64,000 nt of DNA from an uncultured Selenomonadaceae bacterium (GCA_905234235.1 CAJOHN010000008.1:97406-161405); one strand, 5' to 3'; positions 47,986-59,654 are shown, counted from the stretch's first letter. Notes: generated from the letters alone by a model not told the origin. Made by a program: numbers and translations.

Positions 47986-48600
47986 ATGTTCACGGGGATA
48001 ATAGAGGAAATTGGGCGGCTGAAAAATTTTGACGGCAGTCGAATAGAAATTGCGTGCGAAAAAATATTGGACGGCATAAAAATCGGCGACAGCATATCTG
48101 CGAACGGGATTTGCTTAACGGTTGTCGATTTCGGCGAGAATTATTTTGCGGCGGACGTTATGCCTGAAACTTTTCGTAAGACTTCGCTGGCGGATAAAAA
48201 TTTTAATCTTGAACGCGCTTTGAAGGTCGGCGATAAATTCGGCGGGCACATTGTCAGCGGGCACATCGACGGCGTCGGGAAAATTTTAAGCATTCAAGCC
48301 GAAGGCAACGCGCTCTTAATCGAAGTAAAAGCGGAAAGTAATTTGTTACGGCAAATCGCGGCGAAAGGCTCCGTTGCGCTCGACGGGATCAGTTTAACGG
48401 TTGTTGACGCGGGCGCGGAAAGTTTTTCAGTGTCGATGATACCGCACACCCGCGAAGTCACGAACTTTAAAACAAAACAAATCGGCTCGCTCGTCAACAT
48501 TGAAACGGACATTTTAGCAAAATACGTTGAGCGGCTGATGAATTTCAAAGAAACGCCGCCTATAACGCGAGGTTTCTTAGAGGAGCACGGATTTATATGA
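47986..48600 (+). CDS. ribE: Riboflavin synthase
   Basis: [10 protein letters not shown] start and a duplicated lumazine-binding repeat ([13 protein letters not shown] / [12 protein letters not shown]). Confidence 0.92.
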   Translation: MFTGIIEEIGRLKNFDGSRIEIACEKILDGIKIGDSISANGICLTVVDFGENYFAADVMPETFRKTSLADKNFNLERALKVGDKFGGHIVSGHIDGVGKILSIQAEGNALLIEVKAESNLLRQIAAKGSVALDGISLTVVDAGAESFSVSMIPHTREVTNFKTKQIGSLVNIETDILAKYVERLMNFKETPPITRGFLEEHGFI

Positions 48601-49805
48601 TTGAATTTGCGACGATTGAGCAGGCGATTGACGACATTAAACGCGGCAAAATGATTGTTGTTGTCGACGACGAAGACCGCGAAAACGAGGGCGATTTAAT
48701 TGTTGCCGCCGAAACCGTCACGCCCGCCGATATAAATTTCATGGCGACTTATGCTAAAGGTTTAATCTGCACGCCGATTGACGGCAAACGCCTCGACGAA
48801 CTCGGAATCGGGCAGATGGTTGAAAAAAATACCGATAATCACGAAACAGCGTTCACGGTATCGATTGACGCGTTCGACACTGAAACGGGTATCTCGGCTT
48901 ACGAACGTTGCCACACAATTAAAATGTTATTGAATCCCGAAGCTAAGCCGTCGAGTTTCCGCAAGCCGGGGCATGTTTTTCCGTTGCGTTCAGTCGAGGG
49001 CGGAGTTTTACGCCGCGCAGGTCACACCGAGACGACAACCGATTTGGCGCGGCTAGCGGGATTTTACCCTGCGGGGCTTTGTTGCGAGATTATGGACGAC
49101 GACGGGCATATGATGCGCACCGAAAATCTTAAAAAATTCGCGGCGAAACACGGGCTCAATATCATAACGGTTCGCGCTTTAATTGAGTATCGCAAACGCA
49201 CGGAGAAATTCGTAAGAAAAATCGCCGACGTGGATTTTCCCAGCAAGTACGGGCGTTTCAGATTGAAGGCTTACGAAAGCATTCTCGACGGCAAATGTCA
49301 TTTGGCTCTTGTTAAGGGCGATGTCGCGGGCAAGGAAAATGTTTTGGTTCGCGTTCATTCCGAATGTTTGACGGGCGACGCTTTAGGTTCGTTGCGTTGC
49401 GATTGCGGAGATCAACTTGCAACGGCTCTTCAAAAAATTGATTCGGCGGGCGAAGGCGTCTTGCTTTACATGCGGCAGGAAGGGCGCGGAATTGGTCTTG
49501 CCAATAAAATTCGCGCTTATGAGTTGCAAGATAAAGGTAATGATACAGTCGAGGCGAACATTTTACTTGGCTTTAAACCCGACTTGCGAGACTACGGCAT
49601 TGGAGCGCAAATTTTATCGGACTTGGGCTTGACGACGATAAAATTGCTGACGAACAACCCCGCCAAACGCGCAGGGCTTGAAGGACACGGCTTAACGATA
49701 ACCGAACGCGTACCGATAGTGATTGCGCCAACCAAATTCGATAAAAAATATCTCAGCGTCAAAAAGATAAAAATGGGACATGTATTCGAGGAGGAAAAAG
49801 AATGA
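48597..49805 (+). CDS. ribBA: Bifunctional DHBP synthase / GTP cyclohydrolase II
   Basis: [15 protein letters not shown], then [21 protein letters not shown]. Confidence 0.93.
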   Translation: MIEFATIEQAIDDIKRGKMIVVVDDEDRENEGDLIVAAETVTPADINFMATYAKGLICTPIDGKRLDELGIGQMVEKNTDNHETAFTVSIDAFDTETGISAYERCHTIKMLLNPEAKPSSFRKPGHVFPLRSVEGGVLRRAGHTETTTDLARLAGFYPAGLCCEIMDDDGHMMRTENLKKFAAKHGLNIITVRALIEYRKRTEKFVRKIADVDFPSKYGRFRLKAYESILDGKCHLALVKGDVAGKENVLVRVHSECLTGDALGSLRCDCGDQLATALQKIDSAGEGVLLYMRQEGRGIGLANKIRAYELQDKGNDTVEANILLGFKPDLRDYGIGAQILSDLGLTTIKLLTNNPAKRAGLEGHGLTITERVPIVIAPTKFDKKYLSVKKIKMGHVFEEEKE

Positions 49806-50332
49806 ACATTTACGAGGGCAACATCAGCGGGAAAAGTTTTAGGTTCGCGATAGTGGCGGCGCGTTTCAACGAGTTCATTACCGAGAAACTTTTGAGCGGG
49901 GCATTAGACGCCTTGAAACGTCACGAGACGCCTGAAGAAAATATTTCGGTAATTTGGGTGCCGGGCGCGTTTGAAATTCCGATTGTGGCAAAAAAATTAG
50001 CGTCGCTGAACAAGTTCGACGCAATAATTTGTCTCGGAGCCGTCATTCGCGGCGCGACTAGTCATTATGATTACGTTTGCAACGAAGTTTCAAAAGGCAT
50101 TGCGCAAGTCGGACTTCAAAGCGGCGTCCCGACGATTTTCGGCGTCGTCACCACTGAAAATATTCAGCAAGCGATTGAACGCGCAGGAACTAAATCCGGT
50201 AACAAAGGCTTCGACGCGGCGATTTCGGCTATGGAAATGGCGAATCTCATGAAGAAGATGACGAAGGACGAGGCATTGAACGCCCCGCGCAGAAGAAGAG
50301 GTCGTCGCCCGAAGAACGCTGAAGAAATTTAA
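49802..50332 (+). CDS. ribH: 6,7-dimethyl-8-ribityllumazine synthase with a basic C-terminal extension
   Basis: [35 protein letters not shown]. Extra tail [21 protein letters not shown]. Confidence 0.9.
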   Translation: MNIYEGNISGKSFRFAIVAARFNEFITEKLLSGALDALKRHETPEENISVIWVPGAFEIPIVAKKLASLNKFDAIICLGAVIRGATSHYDYVCNEVSKGIAQVGLQSGVPTIFGVVTTENIQQAIERAGTKSGNKGFDAAISAMEMANLMKKMTKDEALNAPRRRRGRRPKNAEEI

Positions 50333-51117
50333 ATTTCAATGACGGAGCCCGTTAAAATTCTGTCGTTGAAATGATTCATAAAATTTTCTCCCGAACAATG
50401 ACACGGGAGAATTTTTTTTACGCCAAAATTTTTAAGCTCGTCGATTGTACGAGAAATTCTTTTTTGCGTCGCACCCGTCAAATGTAAGCCGCCAATAATT
50501 TTAACGATCGGCAAAGCAAATCGTTCGCGAACATCAGCAACGATATTCAGAATGCCGCGATGAGCACATGCAACTACAATCGTTAATCCGTCGCGCCCGC
50601 GCAGAACTAAAATAATTTCGTCGCTGAAGTCGTCGGGAATTTTTTTATCGCCGCGCACAAATTTATTCGCGATGGTTTCAAAATCATAACGCCGATTAAA
50701 ATTTCCGACAATCCAAACCGTATCGTCAAGTTTAATAACGTCGCGGCAAATTTTCTGCGCAATATTTTTCTCGGCTAAAAAGTTTTCGTCGAAGCCGCAA
50801 CCGCGATAAGTTTCGTTGGAAAATTTTTCTTCCCAAAAGTTCTCGCCGATATAAACGGTTTCAATTTGTGCGAACTCCAAAAGTTTTTTAAATCCGCCCG
50901 AATGATCGTAATGCGAATGACTAAGCACAGCAATTTTTATTCCGCGCAGGTCGACGCCCAAAATTTTTGCATTGTCAAACGCCGCGCCCGTATGTCCGCA
51001 GTCAAAAATAAATTTCGTCTGTGAAGTCTCGACTAAAAAGCTCAATCCGTGTTCGGCTACAAGCTTTGAATCAGCAGGCTTTGTATTTTCAATCAGCACC
51101 GTTAATGTTGCCGACAA
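50329..51117 (-). CDS. MBL-fold metallo-hydrolase (COG1237-like)
   Basis: [11 protein letters not shown]...FDCGH...[11 protein letters not shown]. Confidence 0.75.
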   Translation of the reverse strand: MSATLTVLIENTKPADSKLVAEHGLSFLVETSQTKFIFDCGHTGAAFDNAKILGVDLRGIKIAVLSHSHYDHSGGFKKLLEFAQIETVYIGENFWEEKFSNETYRGCGFDENFLAEKNIAQKICRDVIKLDDTVWIVGNFNRRYDFETIANKFVRGDKKIPDDFSDEIILVLRGRDGLTIVVACAHRGILNIVADVRERFALPIVKIIGGLHLTGATQKRISRTIDELKNFGVKKILPCHCSGENFMNHFNDRILTGSVIEI

Positions 51118-51979
51118 TGAAACTCATCTCCGTCTCGAAAGTCGCGCCGACTTCAAGTTTTATGATACCTTCTTTATCTTTAAGCTCGCCCGCGAAGTCT
51201 TCATAATCGGCGTGCCCCAGCCAAGGCTCAATGCAGATAAACGGCGCGCCACCCTGCGCGGGAGTCCAAAAGCCCCAATACGGGAAATTTTTAGCGCGGA
51301 CGGTTATCGATTTGGAACTCTTACGCGAACAGACAGAGACCTCATCAGATTTTAAATCGTCAAAAACAAGAGCGTCGCCCTTAAATAAATCGTAGTTCAA
51401 AGCAAGTTCGGTGCCGTCAAGCGTCGGGATTCTGTCGTGTGTAATGGAACCGCTCGCGGCAAGCGGAAGGCGTGAGGATTTTTCTGCGCGGTTGAATTTC
51501 AGGTAACAATCCTCGAACTTTTCTCCGAAGGCAAGCGGACAACTCAACGCAGGATGCGCCCCAATTGAGAAATAAATTTCCTTGTCGTCGGCGTTGGCGA
51601 CTTTCCAACCAACTTTAACCTCGTTGCCGATAAGTTCAAAAGAAATTTCCAAGCGGAACTTGTAAGGATAAACTTTCAAGGTAGCGGCGTTGGATTCGAG
51701 CGCGAAAGTCAGCTTGTTGTCAGTGGCGTCAACGAGCCAAAAATTACTTATGCGAGCGAACCCGTGTTGCCCTAACTCAAATTCCTTGCCGTCAACGCGA
51801 TACTTGCCGCCATTAACCTTGCCGACAATCGGGAATAACACCGGCGAAGAATATTTCCACCAAGTCGGGTCGCTGTCGAAAAGATATTCCGTGCCGTCAG
51901 AGAGCGCAGTTATCGACTTCAACTCCGCGCCGCGCTCCGCCACCGTGATTTTAAGAACGTCATTCTTAAGTGTGTACAT
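51089..51979 (-). CDS. Aldose 1-epimerase family protein
   Basis: SPVLFPIVGKVNGGKYRVDGKEFELGQHGFAR and IEPWLGHAD. Confidence 0.8.
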   Translation of the reverse strand: MYTLKNDVLKITVAERGAELKSITALSDGTEYLFDSDPTWWKYSSPVLFPIVGKVNGGKYRVDGKEFELGQHGFARISNFWLVDATDNKLTFALESNAATLKVYPYKFRLEISFELIGNEVKVGWKVANADDKEIYFSIGAHPALSCPLAFGEKFEDCYLKFNRAEKSSRLPLAASGSITHDRIPTLDGTELALNYDLFKGDALVFDDLKSDEVSVCSRKSSKSITVRAKNFPYWGFWTPAQGGAPFICIEPWLGHADYEDFAGELKDKEGIIKLEVGATFETEMSFIVGNINGAD

Positions 51980-51998
51980 AAAAATTCCTCCTAAAATT

Positions 51999-53090
51999 TT
52001 ATCGCCGTGAACTGTGCCGCGTAATCTCGACCAGACCGAGCGGCGTCATGTCCACGATTTTTGTTTTATTTCTGTCAAGGGCGGCTTGTTCGCGCAGAAA
52101 GTCCATCAGAATTTTTTTATGCGCGTCGCTATCCATATCGATAAAGTCGACGATAATAATCCCGCCGATGTCGCGCAGTTTCAGCTGTCGAAGGATAAGC
52201 TCCGCCGCCTCCAAATTGGTTTTCAAAATCGTTTCGTTAAAATCGGTGCGCCCGATGAATTTGCCGGTGTTCACGTCAACCGCTGTTAAAGCTTCGGTCT
52301 TGTCGATGACGATTTGCCCGCCGCTCGGCAAACTCAATTCGCGCTGATTAATTTTAGAAATTTCTTCCGCCACGTCGAACGCCTCAAAAATCTGCGCGGA
52401 GCCGTCGTAAAGTTTAACGTTGCCGGTAAGTTCAGCGAGCCGCCGATAAATTTTTATGTTGTCAACGATAAACTCCGTATCAGCAGTGAATTCGTCGCGC
52501 AAAATTTTTTCAATCAAATCATTGTCGCTGTAGAGGAGAGCGGGCGGCTTACGTTTAGAATTGCGCTCCAAAATTTTTGCCCAAAGGTCTTGAAGCTTAT
52601 CGAGGTCGTTAAGCAAAATATTTTCGTTGCAATTTTCAGCCGCCGTCCTGACGATTAAGCCCGAACCAATCGGACGAATTTTTTTAGCCAGCGTATGAAG
52701 TCGGGAACGTTCCTCGCCGCGAATTTTATTCGACACGCCGATATAATTCAACGTCGGCAGAAAAATTACAAATCGCCCAGCCAAACTTATATTGAGCGTT
52801 GCCCGTGCGCCTTTCGAGCCGATTGCCTCTTTATCTATTTGAATCAAAACGCTTTGCCCGACGGAAAATTTTTGCGCCGCGTTAAACTGCAGGAAAGCAT
52901 TTTTATCGCGCCCGATGTCGATGAACACCGCTTGCATACCCGGCAAAAAATTTCTCACGCGCCCCTTGTAAATGTTGCCGATAATTTTTGGGCTGTCGTC
53001 CCGTGAAAATTTAATCGCGCTGACTTCACCGCTATCAATCACGACCGCGCAGGTTTCGCCCATTTTGCGGCTAATAATTATCTTCTTCAT
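51999..53090 (-). CDS. rng: RNase E/G family ribonuclease, short form (363 aa)
   Basis: S1 region GNIYKGRVRNFLPGMQAVFIDIG, catalytic core IVIDKTEALTAVDVN, ends at LGLVEITRHSSRR*. Confidence 0.8.
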   Translation of the reverse strand: MKKIIISRKMGETCAVVIDSGEVSAIKFSRDDSPKIIGNIYKGRVRNFLPGMQAVFIDIGRDKNAFLQFNAAQKFSVGQSVLIQIDKEAIGSKGARATLNISLAGRFVIFLPTLNYIGVSNKIRGEERSRLHTLAKKIRPIGSGLIVRTAAENCNENILLNDLDKLQDLWAKILERNSKRKPPALLYSDNDLIEKILRDEFTADTEFIVDNIKIYRRLAELTGNVKLYDGSAQIFEAFDVAEEISKINQRELSLPSGGQIVIDKTEALTAVDVNTGKFIGRTDFNETILKTNLEAAELILRQLKLRDIGGIIIVDFIDMDSDAHKKILMDFLREQAALDRNKTKIVDMTPLGLVEITRHSSRR

Positions 53091-53157
53091 TGAATCACTT
53101 CCGAAAACATTTTACATTACCGCGCCGATTCTTGCAAAAAATTTTTTGAAAAAATAA

Positions 53158-53185
53158 TTGTAATTTTCAGCCAAAACATTATAAT
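53158..53185 (+). promoter_or_regulatory. Candidate sigma70 promoter of the giant RTX-like gene
   Basis: TTGTAA, 16-nt spacer, TATAAT. Confidence 0.45.
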
Positions 53186-53239
53186 GCCATTAAGAATTAA
53201 CGTGGTATTTTGGTTTTTATTTAGGAAGGGGAGGTTTTT

Positions 53240-56200
53240 ATGGCAACACTCAGTAACAGCACGCCCAACAAAATTGTTACGGGCACGAGCGGCGCGGATT
53301 CGATTTACAACAGCGGTGATTCAGTGACGGTCGACGGAGGCGCAGGCAATGACTCTGTAAGCAACGACGGCAAATATGTAATAACAATGACAGCATTAAG
53401 AACTACGCACTGATGAGCACGATTTACGGCGGCGACGGTAACGACACAATTAAAAACTTCGCCAATAATGTTTTTCGCTCAGTGGCGGCGCGGGTTCCGA
53501 CACTATTAAAAACAGCGGCATGAACGCCAAAATCTACGGCGACGCGGATAATGATTCAATCTATAACGCAGGCTCCACTGTCACTGCTTACGGCGGCTCC
53601 GGTAACGATACCATTTATCACGGCGGCTCGAATTCATCGGTTTACGGCGAGGCGGGCGACGATGTCATTTCCATAATCGGCGGCATCTATACGGCAAAAG
53701 TTTCTATCAGCGGCAGCACCGGTAACGATACCATTTACGGCAATTCGTCGCATCACACCATGATAGCGAATTCGGGCGTCGACTTTATCCAATACAACAA
53801 CGGCGACGGCAACGATGTCATTTACAATTTTGAACCCGTAGACACGCTCCAAATTGGCAACGGTACGACTGACACTTTCTCAAAATCAACGGTCGGCTCG
53901 GATATTTTGGTCAGCGTCGGCAGTGGAGTAATTACACTTAGCGGCGCGGCGACTTTGTCGAATGTCAATATTTTGGGGAAAGAAGTTGCCACCGTTAATC
54001 CGTTGCTCATCACTCTCACCGAAAACGCTGACACTTACAACAACAGCCTTGCCGGCGCGACGATTTTAGCTCTCGGCGGTAATGACAGAATCACTAACTC
54101 TGGCGCAAATGTTTTCGTTGACGGCGGCGCGGGCAACGATTACATCTACGACAACTACAGCAACACTTTTAACACAATCCTCGGCGGCGACGGTAACGAC
54201 GTGATTATCGGTTTCAAGGCGATTGATACTCTTCGTATTAACGGCGCAGTAACCCACTCAACGATAAAAAGCGGCTCGGATATTCTCGTCTCGGTCGACA
54301 GTGGAGTCATAACACTCAAGGGCGCGGCAAGTCTTTCCTCCGTCAATATCGACATAAAAGAGCTTAAAGATTTGCTGGTCACTGGTACAGAAAATGCCGA
54401 TACGCTTAGAAATAATCTCGAAGACGCAACGATAAACGCACTCGGTGGCAACGATTACATTTACAACAGTGCCGCAAATGTCTCGATAAACGGCGGCGCA
54501 GGCAAGGATACGATTTATGCTTATGGCAAAAATGTAACTGTCGACAGTGGCGCAGATGCCGATTACATTATCAGCGGCGGCGACACTCAGAAAGTAAGCA
54601 TAAATAGCGGCGCAGGTAACGATACTGTCTACAACGGAGTATATGGCGACAATGCCACAATCAACACGGGCGACGGCGATGATTCTGTTTACAACGGTTA
54701 TATGAATGTCGCAGGTGTGAAAGTAAGTTTGGGATCCGGCAATGATACTCTTCGCGATTGGTCTTACAACGGCACGATAAACGGCGGCAAGGGTAACGAC
54801 TTAATCCAAATGGAGCAAGAACATATACGGAATGTTATTGAGTATGCTGCCGGCGACGGTAACGATACGATCTACGGCTTCAATCCCACCGATACACTAA
54901 GTTTGACAGGCGGAACAGTAACGGGCTCGGTAATTTCGGGCGACGACCTCGTCTTGAAAGTCGGGACAGGCTCAATTACTTTCAAAAATACTCGAAGCGT
55001 CAATGTAAACGGAACAATTTTCAATCCCTCTTCCAAAACGGGCACGAACAGTCACGATTTCCTTACAAACTTTAATGACAATGCGACAATCAACGCACTC
55101 GGCGGCTCCGACAAAATTGCCAACAGCGGTTCCAATGTCTTAATTAACACCGGCGAAGGCGATAACAGTGTCGGCAACTACGGAGACAACACGACAATCG
55201 TAACCGGCAACGGTAACAATACAATCCTTAGCGGCACTTACATGCATTCAAATATCCGCGCAGGTGCAGGCAATGACTCCATTCACACCGGCTGGACTTC
55301 CTCGACAATAGACGCAGGAGCTGGCAACGATACCATTGTTGTTCACTATGCCTCTTCAATTACAGCAGGCGACGGCGATGATGTTATCTACGGCTATGGT
55401 TCAACCGATACGATTAAAATTGCCGGGAATTACTCCACTTCGACTGTCGGCTCTGACATTCTTATCACGGTCGGCGACGGCTCTATCCTGCTCAAAAATG
55501 CCAAGAATTACACGCTCAACATCGAAGAAATCAAGAAAGAACCCTACTTGAAACTTGAAGACGGCAATGCAGTTTATTATGACGAGAACGACGAAGTTTT
55601 GTTTACAATTTATGGCATCAGTTCTTCTGCAAAGCTCGCCGACTTCACGATAAGCGGCACGAACGTAACTATTGCCAAGAATGCGCTCGGCGAAGATGAC
55701 GTTTCTCTCGAAGGCGAGAGTTACACGCTCAAATTGGCGAACGACGTTCCCACAGTCTCGACGGCAACAAACGGCGGCTGGAGTTCACTCGTCAACGGCA
55801 AAGCAACTTATACCGCAACAGCCTACTCCGATTATTACACGCTTGACGACAACACAATAACTTACACGGCAAGAGAGGGCGGCGAAACATTCACAATCAG
55901 CGGCATAAAATCGACGTTATCAAGTGCCGTTGCGGTCGACGAAGAGAATAAAGACGTTACGCTGTACAATGCGGCATTGGGTACAAATACAATCACGCTC
56001 GACAGTGATGATTATTCACTGTATCTCGACGAGAGCGTTATCCAAGACGCGGGCGATGCCGAACAAAAATTTACCGCCTTCACGAACGGCACGGCGACTT
56101 ACAAAATTTTCGGTGACAGAGCTTATTACGCGCTTGAAGGCAACGAAGTTTCTTACGTGGCGGCAACGGCAGATAAGCAATTCACAATCAGCGGGCTGGC

Positions 56201-58966
56201 AAATAATCTGATTTTGGAAGACGGAGAGCTCGAAGGCGTTACGGCTGTGGTTGAGGAAGATACTGTCAGATTTATCCTTTCCGAAAAAGCTCTCAAAGAT
56301 TCCGACGTTACGTTGAGTGGCACTAATTGCACACTTGAACTAGCTGAGGAGGTTACAACTGCCGCTGTTGCTATTAACGGTTGGAGCGAAGTTGTCAACG
56401 GTACCGCTTCCTACAGCATAAACGGTAAGTCGAAATATTACACACTCAGCAACGGCAAGGTCGTTTATCATGCTCCGATAGCGGGTACACTTCAACTTAC
56501 GCTTGAAGGTCTCGCGTCGACGGCAACAATGGAAGACGGCGAAATTGACGGGCTCGAAGTAAACGGGAATTACTTGACGATTTCAGCCGCCGCAGTCGGA
56601 AAAAATGTCACGCTCAAATACAACAACGGCTTTAATATAACTTTGACGAATGACGTTAAAAATACTTCGTTCACGGGACAGCCAATGCCGACTCTATTAC
56701 CAACTATGGTAAGGATAATTCAATCTTCGGCGGCGCGGGCAATGATTTTGTCCGTCTCATCGGTAGCCAACCCAATACGATTAATACTTCACAAGGCAAC
56801 GATACGATTAAGCTCGACACGGCAGTTCAATCGTTTACAGCTCAAGGCTTCAATGTCGGCGACGAAATTCAGCTTGCAAGCGCGGTAACCAATTTGACAA
56901 CGGTTAGCGGCGGAATTAACTCGTGGACAACTTCAATCAATAGCATTGCCTACAAGCAGTCAACAGTGGCAGGTGCGAAGCTCAACGGCACAAAGATAAC
57001 TTACGACTCGCTCAGCGGCAACAACGTTATCCTCAACAATACGGCACTTGCCAATCGCAAATCGAATACAATCTCGATAAGCGGCGGCGATTATAAACTC
57101 GTATTGGCTGGCGGCGTAGACACAATTAAAGAAAATACTTCGGGTTGGAAAACGCTTACAAGCGGCAACGTGGCTTATCTTGAGGGCGGTACGGGCGAAT
57201 ATTATTCTCTCGCGGGTAACGGCAAAAGTGTTACTTACTATCCGTCAGTAGCGGGCACAAATAAAGTTGAATTCAGCGGCGTCAAAGGCACTCCGACACT
57301 TAACGGAAAGACAATCAGCTTGGCGGCGACCAATTTTAATAGCAACGTTGCTGTCGTCTCGAACGCAGGAAAATATTCCTTCAATTTGAATGGCGACATC
57401 GGCGGCAAAACTTTCACGGGCACTGCGAAAGCTGATTCAATCACAAGCAACGGTTCCAATGTTACAGTCAACGGCGGCAAGGGCAACGATGTTTTTATCT
57501 TCTCCAAAGGAACCTCTACAATCGCCGATTATACTTCAAATGCCGATAAAATTTCTCTCAACGCCGCGCAGATTTCCGATGTCTCACTAAACAACAACGA
57601 TATAATCTTGAAACTGGGTAGCAATGACGCTCTCACAATCGCGAACGGCAAAAATAAAAAAATCACCGTCAAGAACGGCAAAACTGTGCAATATATTTTC
57701 GGAGACCACGTTATTTTCAACGCTGGTAAAACGTCGGCTTCTCTCACGTCTGCGGCAACAAATTTCAGCTCAAGCGGTTATTCGTCACTTGTTTCGGTCG
57801 ACGCGACTAAAACCTCAAATGCAGTAAATATCGTTGGTAATGCCAAAGCCAATAAGATTTATGCGGGCGCGAAGGGCTCAACACTTAACGGCGGCAAAGG
57901 TAATGATACACTCTACGGTGGCAACGGAGTTGACATTTTCGTTTACGAGAAAAAAACCGGCAACGACGTTATCCAAAATTACACTTCGGGCAAAGATAAA
58001 ATCAGTTTGGGAGCCGGCGCGAGCATTGCAAGTTTCTCGGTTAATAAGACGGGCGACGCGGTTTTTAAAGTTGGGAGTAACAACCTTACCCTTAAAAAGA
58101 CTGGCGACGAAAATATCTCCGCTAACGGCAAAAAAATTACGGTAATCGACGCGAGCGGCAACCAAACTACTCAAACCTACTTCGAGGATAAAATTACCAC
58201 CAATAAGGGCGTTACGTTGAATTCGTCATTTGATAGCGAAGTCTTTACTGCCGGTAGCTCCGTCGTCACGGTCGATGCGGCGCAAGTCGGCAATTCATTC
58301 GTCCTAAAAGGAAACGCCAAGAATAATATTTTAACGGGCGGCACGGCGGCAGACAATATCAAAGGCGGTAACGGAAAAGATAAACTCTACGGCAACAATG
58401 GCGATGATACAATTTCAGGCGGTAAGGGCAACGATTCGCTCTGGGGTAATGCGGGAAATGATTCACTCGTCGGAGACGCAGGCGATGATAAACTTTTCGG
58501 CGGTGCAGGTAAAGATATATTGCTCGGTGGCGCAGGTAACGACAGCCTCTTGGGTGAAGGCGATAATGATACGCTTTCGGGCGGCGCAGGCAAAGACACG
58601 CTCAAAGGCGGCGACGGCAACGATTCACTTTGGGGCGGAGCAGGTGCTGATAGTCTTATCGGTGGCAAAGGTGATGATTCGCTTTGGGGCGGTGCGGATA
58701 ATGATACGCTACTTGGTGGCGACGGTTCGGATACTTTCATCTATAAGTCGGGCGAGGGCAAAGATGTTATCAGCGGCTTTGAAGACAACGACTTATTGCA
58801 AGTTACGGGAGTTTTCTCTGCCACTTACAACAAGAGAGCGAAGGAACTTTATTTTAACGTCGACTCTACGACAAATGCTATTACGCTGAAAAATTTCACT
58901 GCCACGAGTTTCAACGTCAACGGTACGGCTTACCAAATCAGTAATACTTCGCTCGTTAAAAAGTAA
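53240..58966 (+). pseudogene. Giant (~1900 aa) RTX/beta-roll repeat surface or secreted protein, frame broken at three single-base sites
   Basis: ATG at 53240 follows GGGGAGG. GGxGNDxI motifs occur throughout. C-terminal classic nonapeptides ([38 protein letters not shown]...). Frame moves -1 near 53378-53382, 53471-53475 and 56675-56677. Confidence 0.8.
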
Positions 58967-58995
58967 TGCAGGATAAAGAATTTCTGCGTCGAAAC

Positions 58996-59096
58996 AACCG
59001 ACGACTGAATATCGGGGAGCTGGCAGACCGGCTGAGAGGAAGTTAAGCACTTCGACCCGCAAACCTGATTCGGATAATGCCGACGTAGGAAAAATA
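58996..59096 (+). promoter_or_regulatory. TPP (THI-box) riboswitch
   Basis: GGGGAGC...GCTGAGAGG...ACCCGCAAACCTGATTCGGATAATGCCGACGTAGGAA matches the TPP aptamer core. Upstream of thiW-thiC. Confidence 0.85.
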
Positions 59097-59113
59097 ATTT
59101 CTCGAAACAACGG

Positions 59114-59145
59114 GAAAGCCTCCGAATCAGGGGGCTTTCTCTTTT
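59114..59145 (+). terminator. Riboswitch expression-platform terminator
   Basis: GAAAGCCTCC/GGGGGCTTTC 10-bp stem followed by TCTTTT. Confidence 0.7.
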
Positions 59146-59165
59146 GTAGCAGAGGAGTTGTTGCT

Positions 59166-59654
59166 ATGAATGGTACAAAAAAATTGACGCTCGCGGCGGT
59201 GTTGACGGCGATAGCAGTTGTCGGGAGTTTAATTTCGTTTCCTGTGCTCGGAAGTCGTTGCGCGCCAGTTCAGCATATGGTTAATGTTTTCTGCGCGGTA
59301 CTTTTAGGTTGGCGATACGGAGTTGGGGCGGCATTTGCGGCGAGTTTGTTGAGAAATCTTTTAGGATTGGGAACGATATTTGCATTTCCGGGCAGTATGA
59401 TTGGCGCGTTGTTAAGCGGCGTTGTCTACGCTCGGACGAAAAATATTTGGCTGACGGTTTTAGCGGAGGCGTTCGGCACGGGGATAATCGGCGGGCTCAT
59501 TGCTTACCCGATAGCGATTTTTATTCTAGGACAAACTGCGGGCGACGTGGCATTTTATTTTTACGTCACACCGTTTTTAATCTCGACAACTTGCGGAGCG
59601 GTTATCGCGGGGCTCGTCGTCAAGCGGTTTAAAAAATTTTTGATAGGAGAATGA
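59166..59654 (+). CDS. thiW: ECF-type thiamine-precursor transporter S component ThiW
   Basis: Small 5-6 TM protein with SFPVLGSRCAPVQHMVNVFCAVLLG. Under the TPP riboswitch. Confidence 0.7.
   Translation: MNGTKKLTLAAVLTAIAVVGSLISFPVLGSRCAPVQHMVNVFCAVLLGWRYGVGAAFAASLLRNLLGLGTIFAFPGSMIGALLSGVVYARTKNIWLTVLAEAFGTGIIGGLIAYPIAIFILGQTAGDVAFYFYVTPFLISTTCGAVIAGLVVKRFKKFLIGE

Noticed and set aside
53101-53131. Sigma28-like -10 box (GCCGATTC) upstream of the giant RTX gene
   Set aside because: The corresponding -35 (GAAA/AAAC) is poor. A better sigma70-type promoter lies closer to the gene.
53240-58966. Periodic DNA repeats that could suggest a CRISPR or other non-coding array (also the TPR region at 30500-31900)
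   Set aside because: The periodicity follows protein repeats (GGxGNDxI units, RTX nonapeptides, 34-aa TPRs) in an open frame. There is no identical direct-repeat/unique-spacer architecture.
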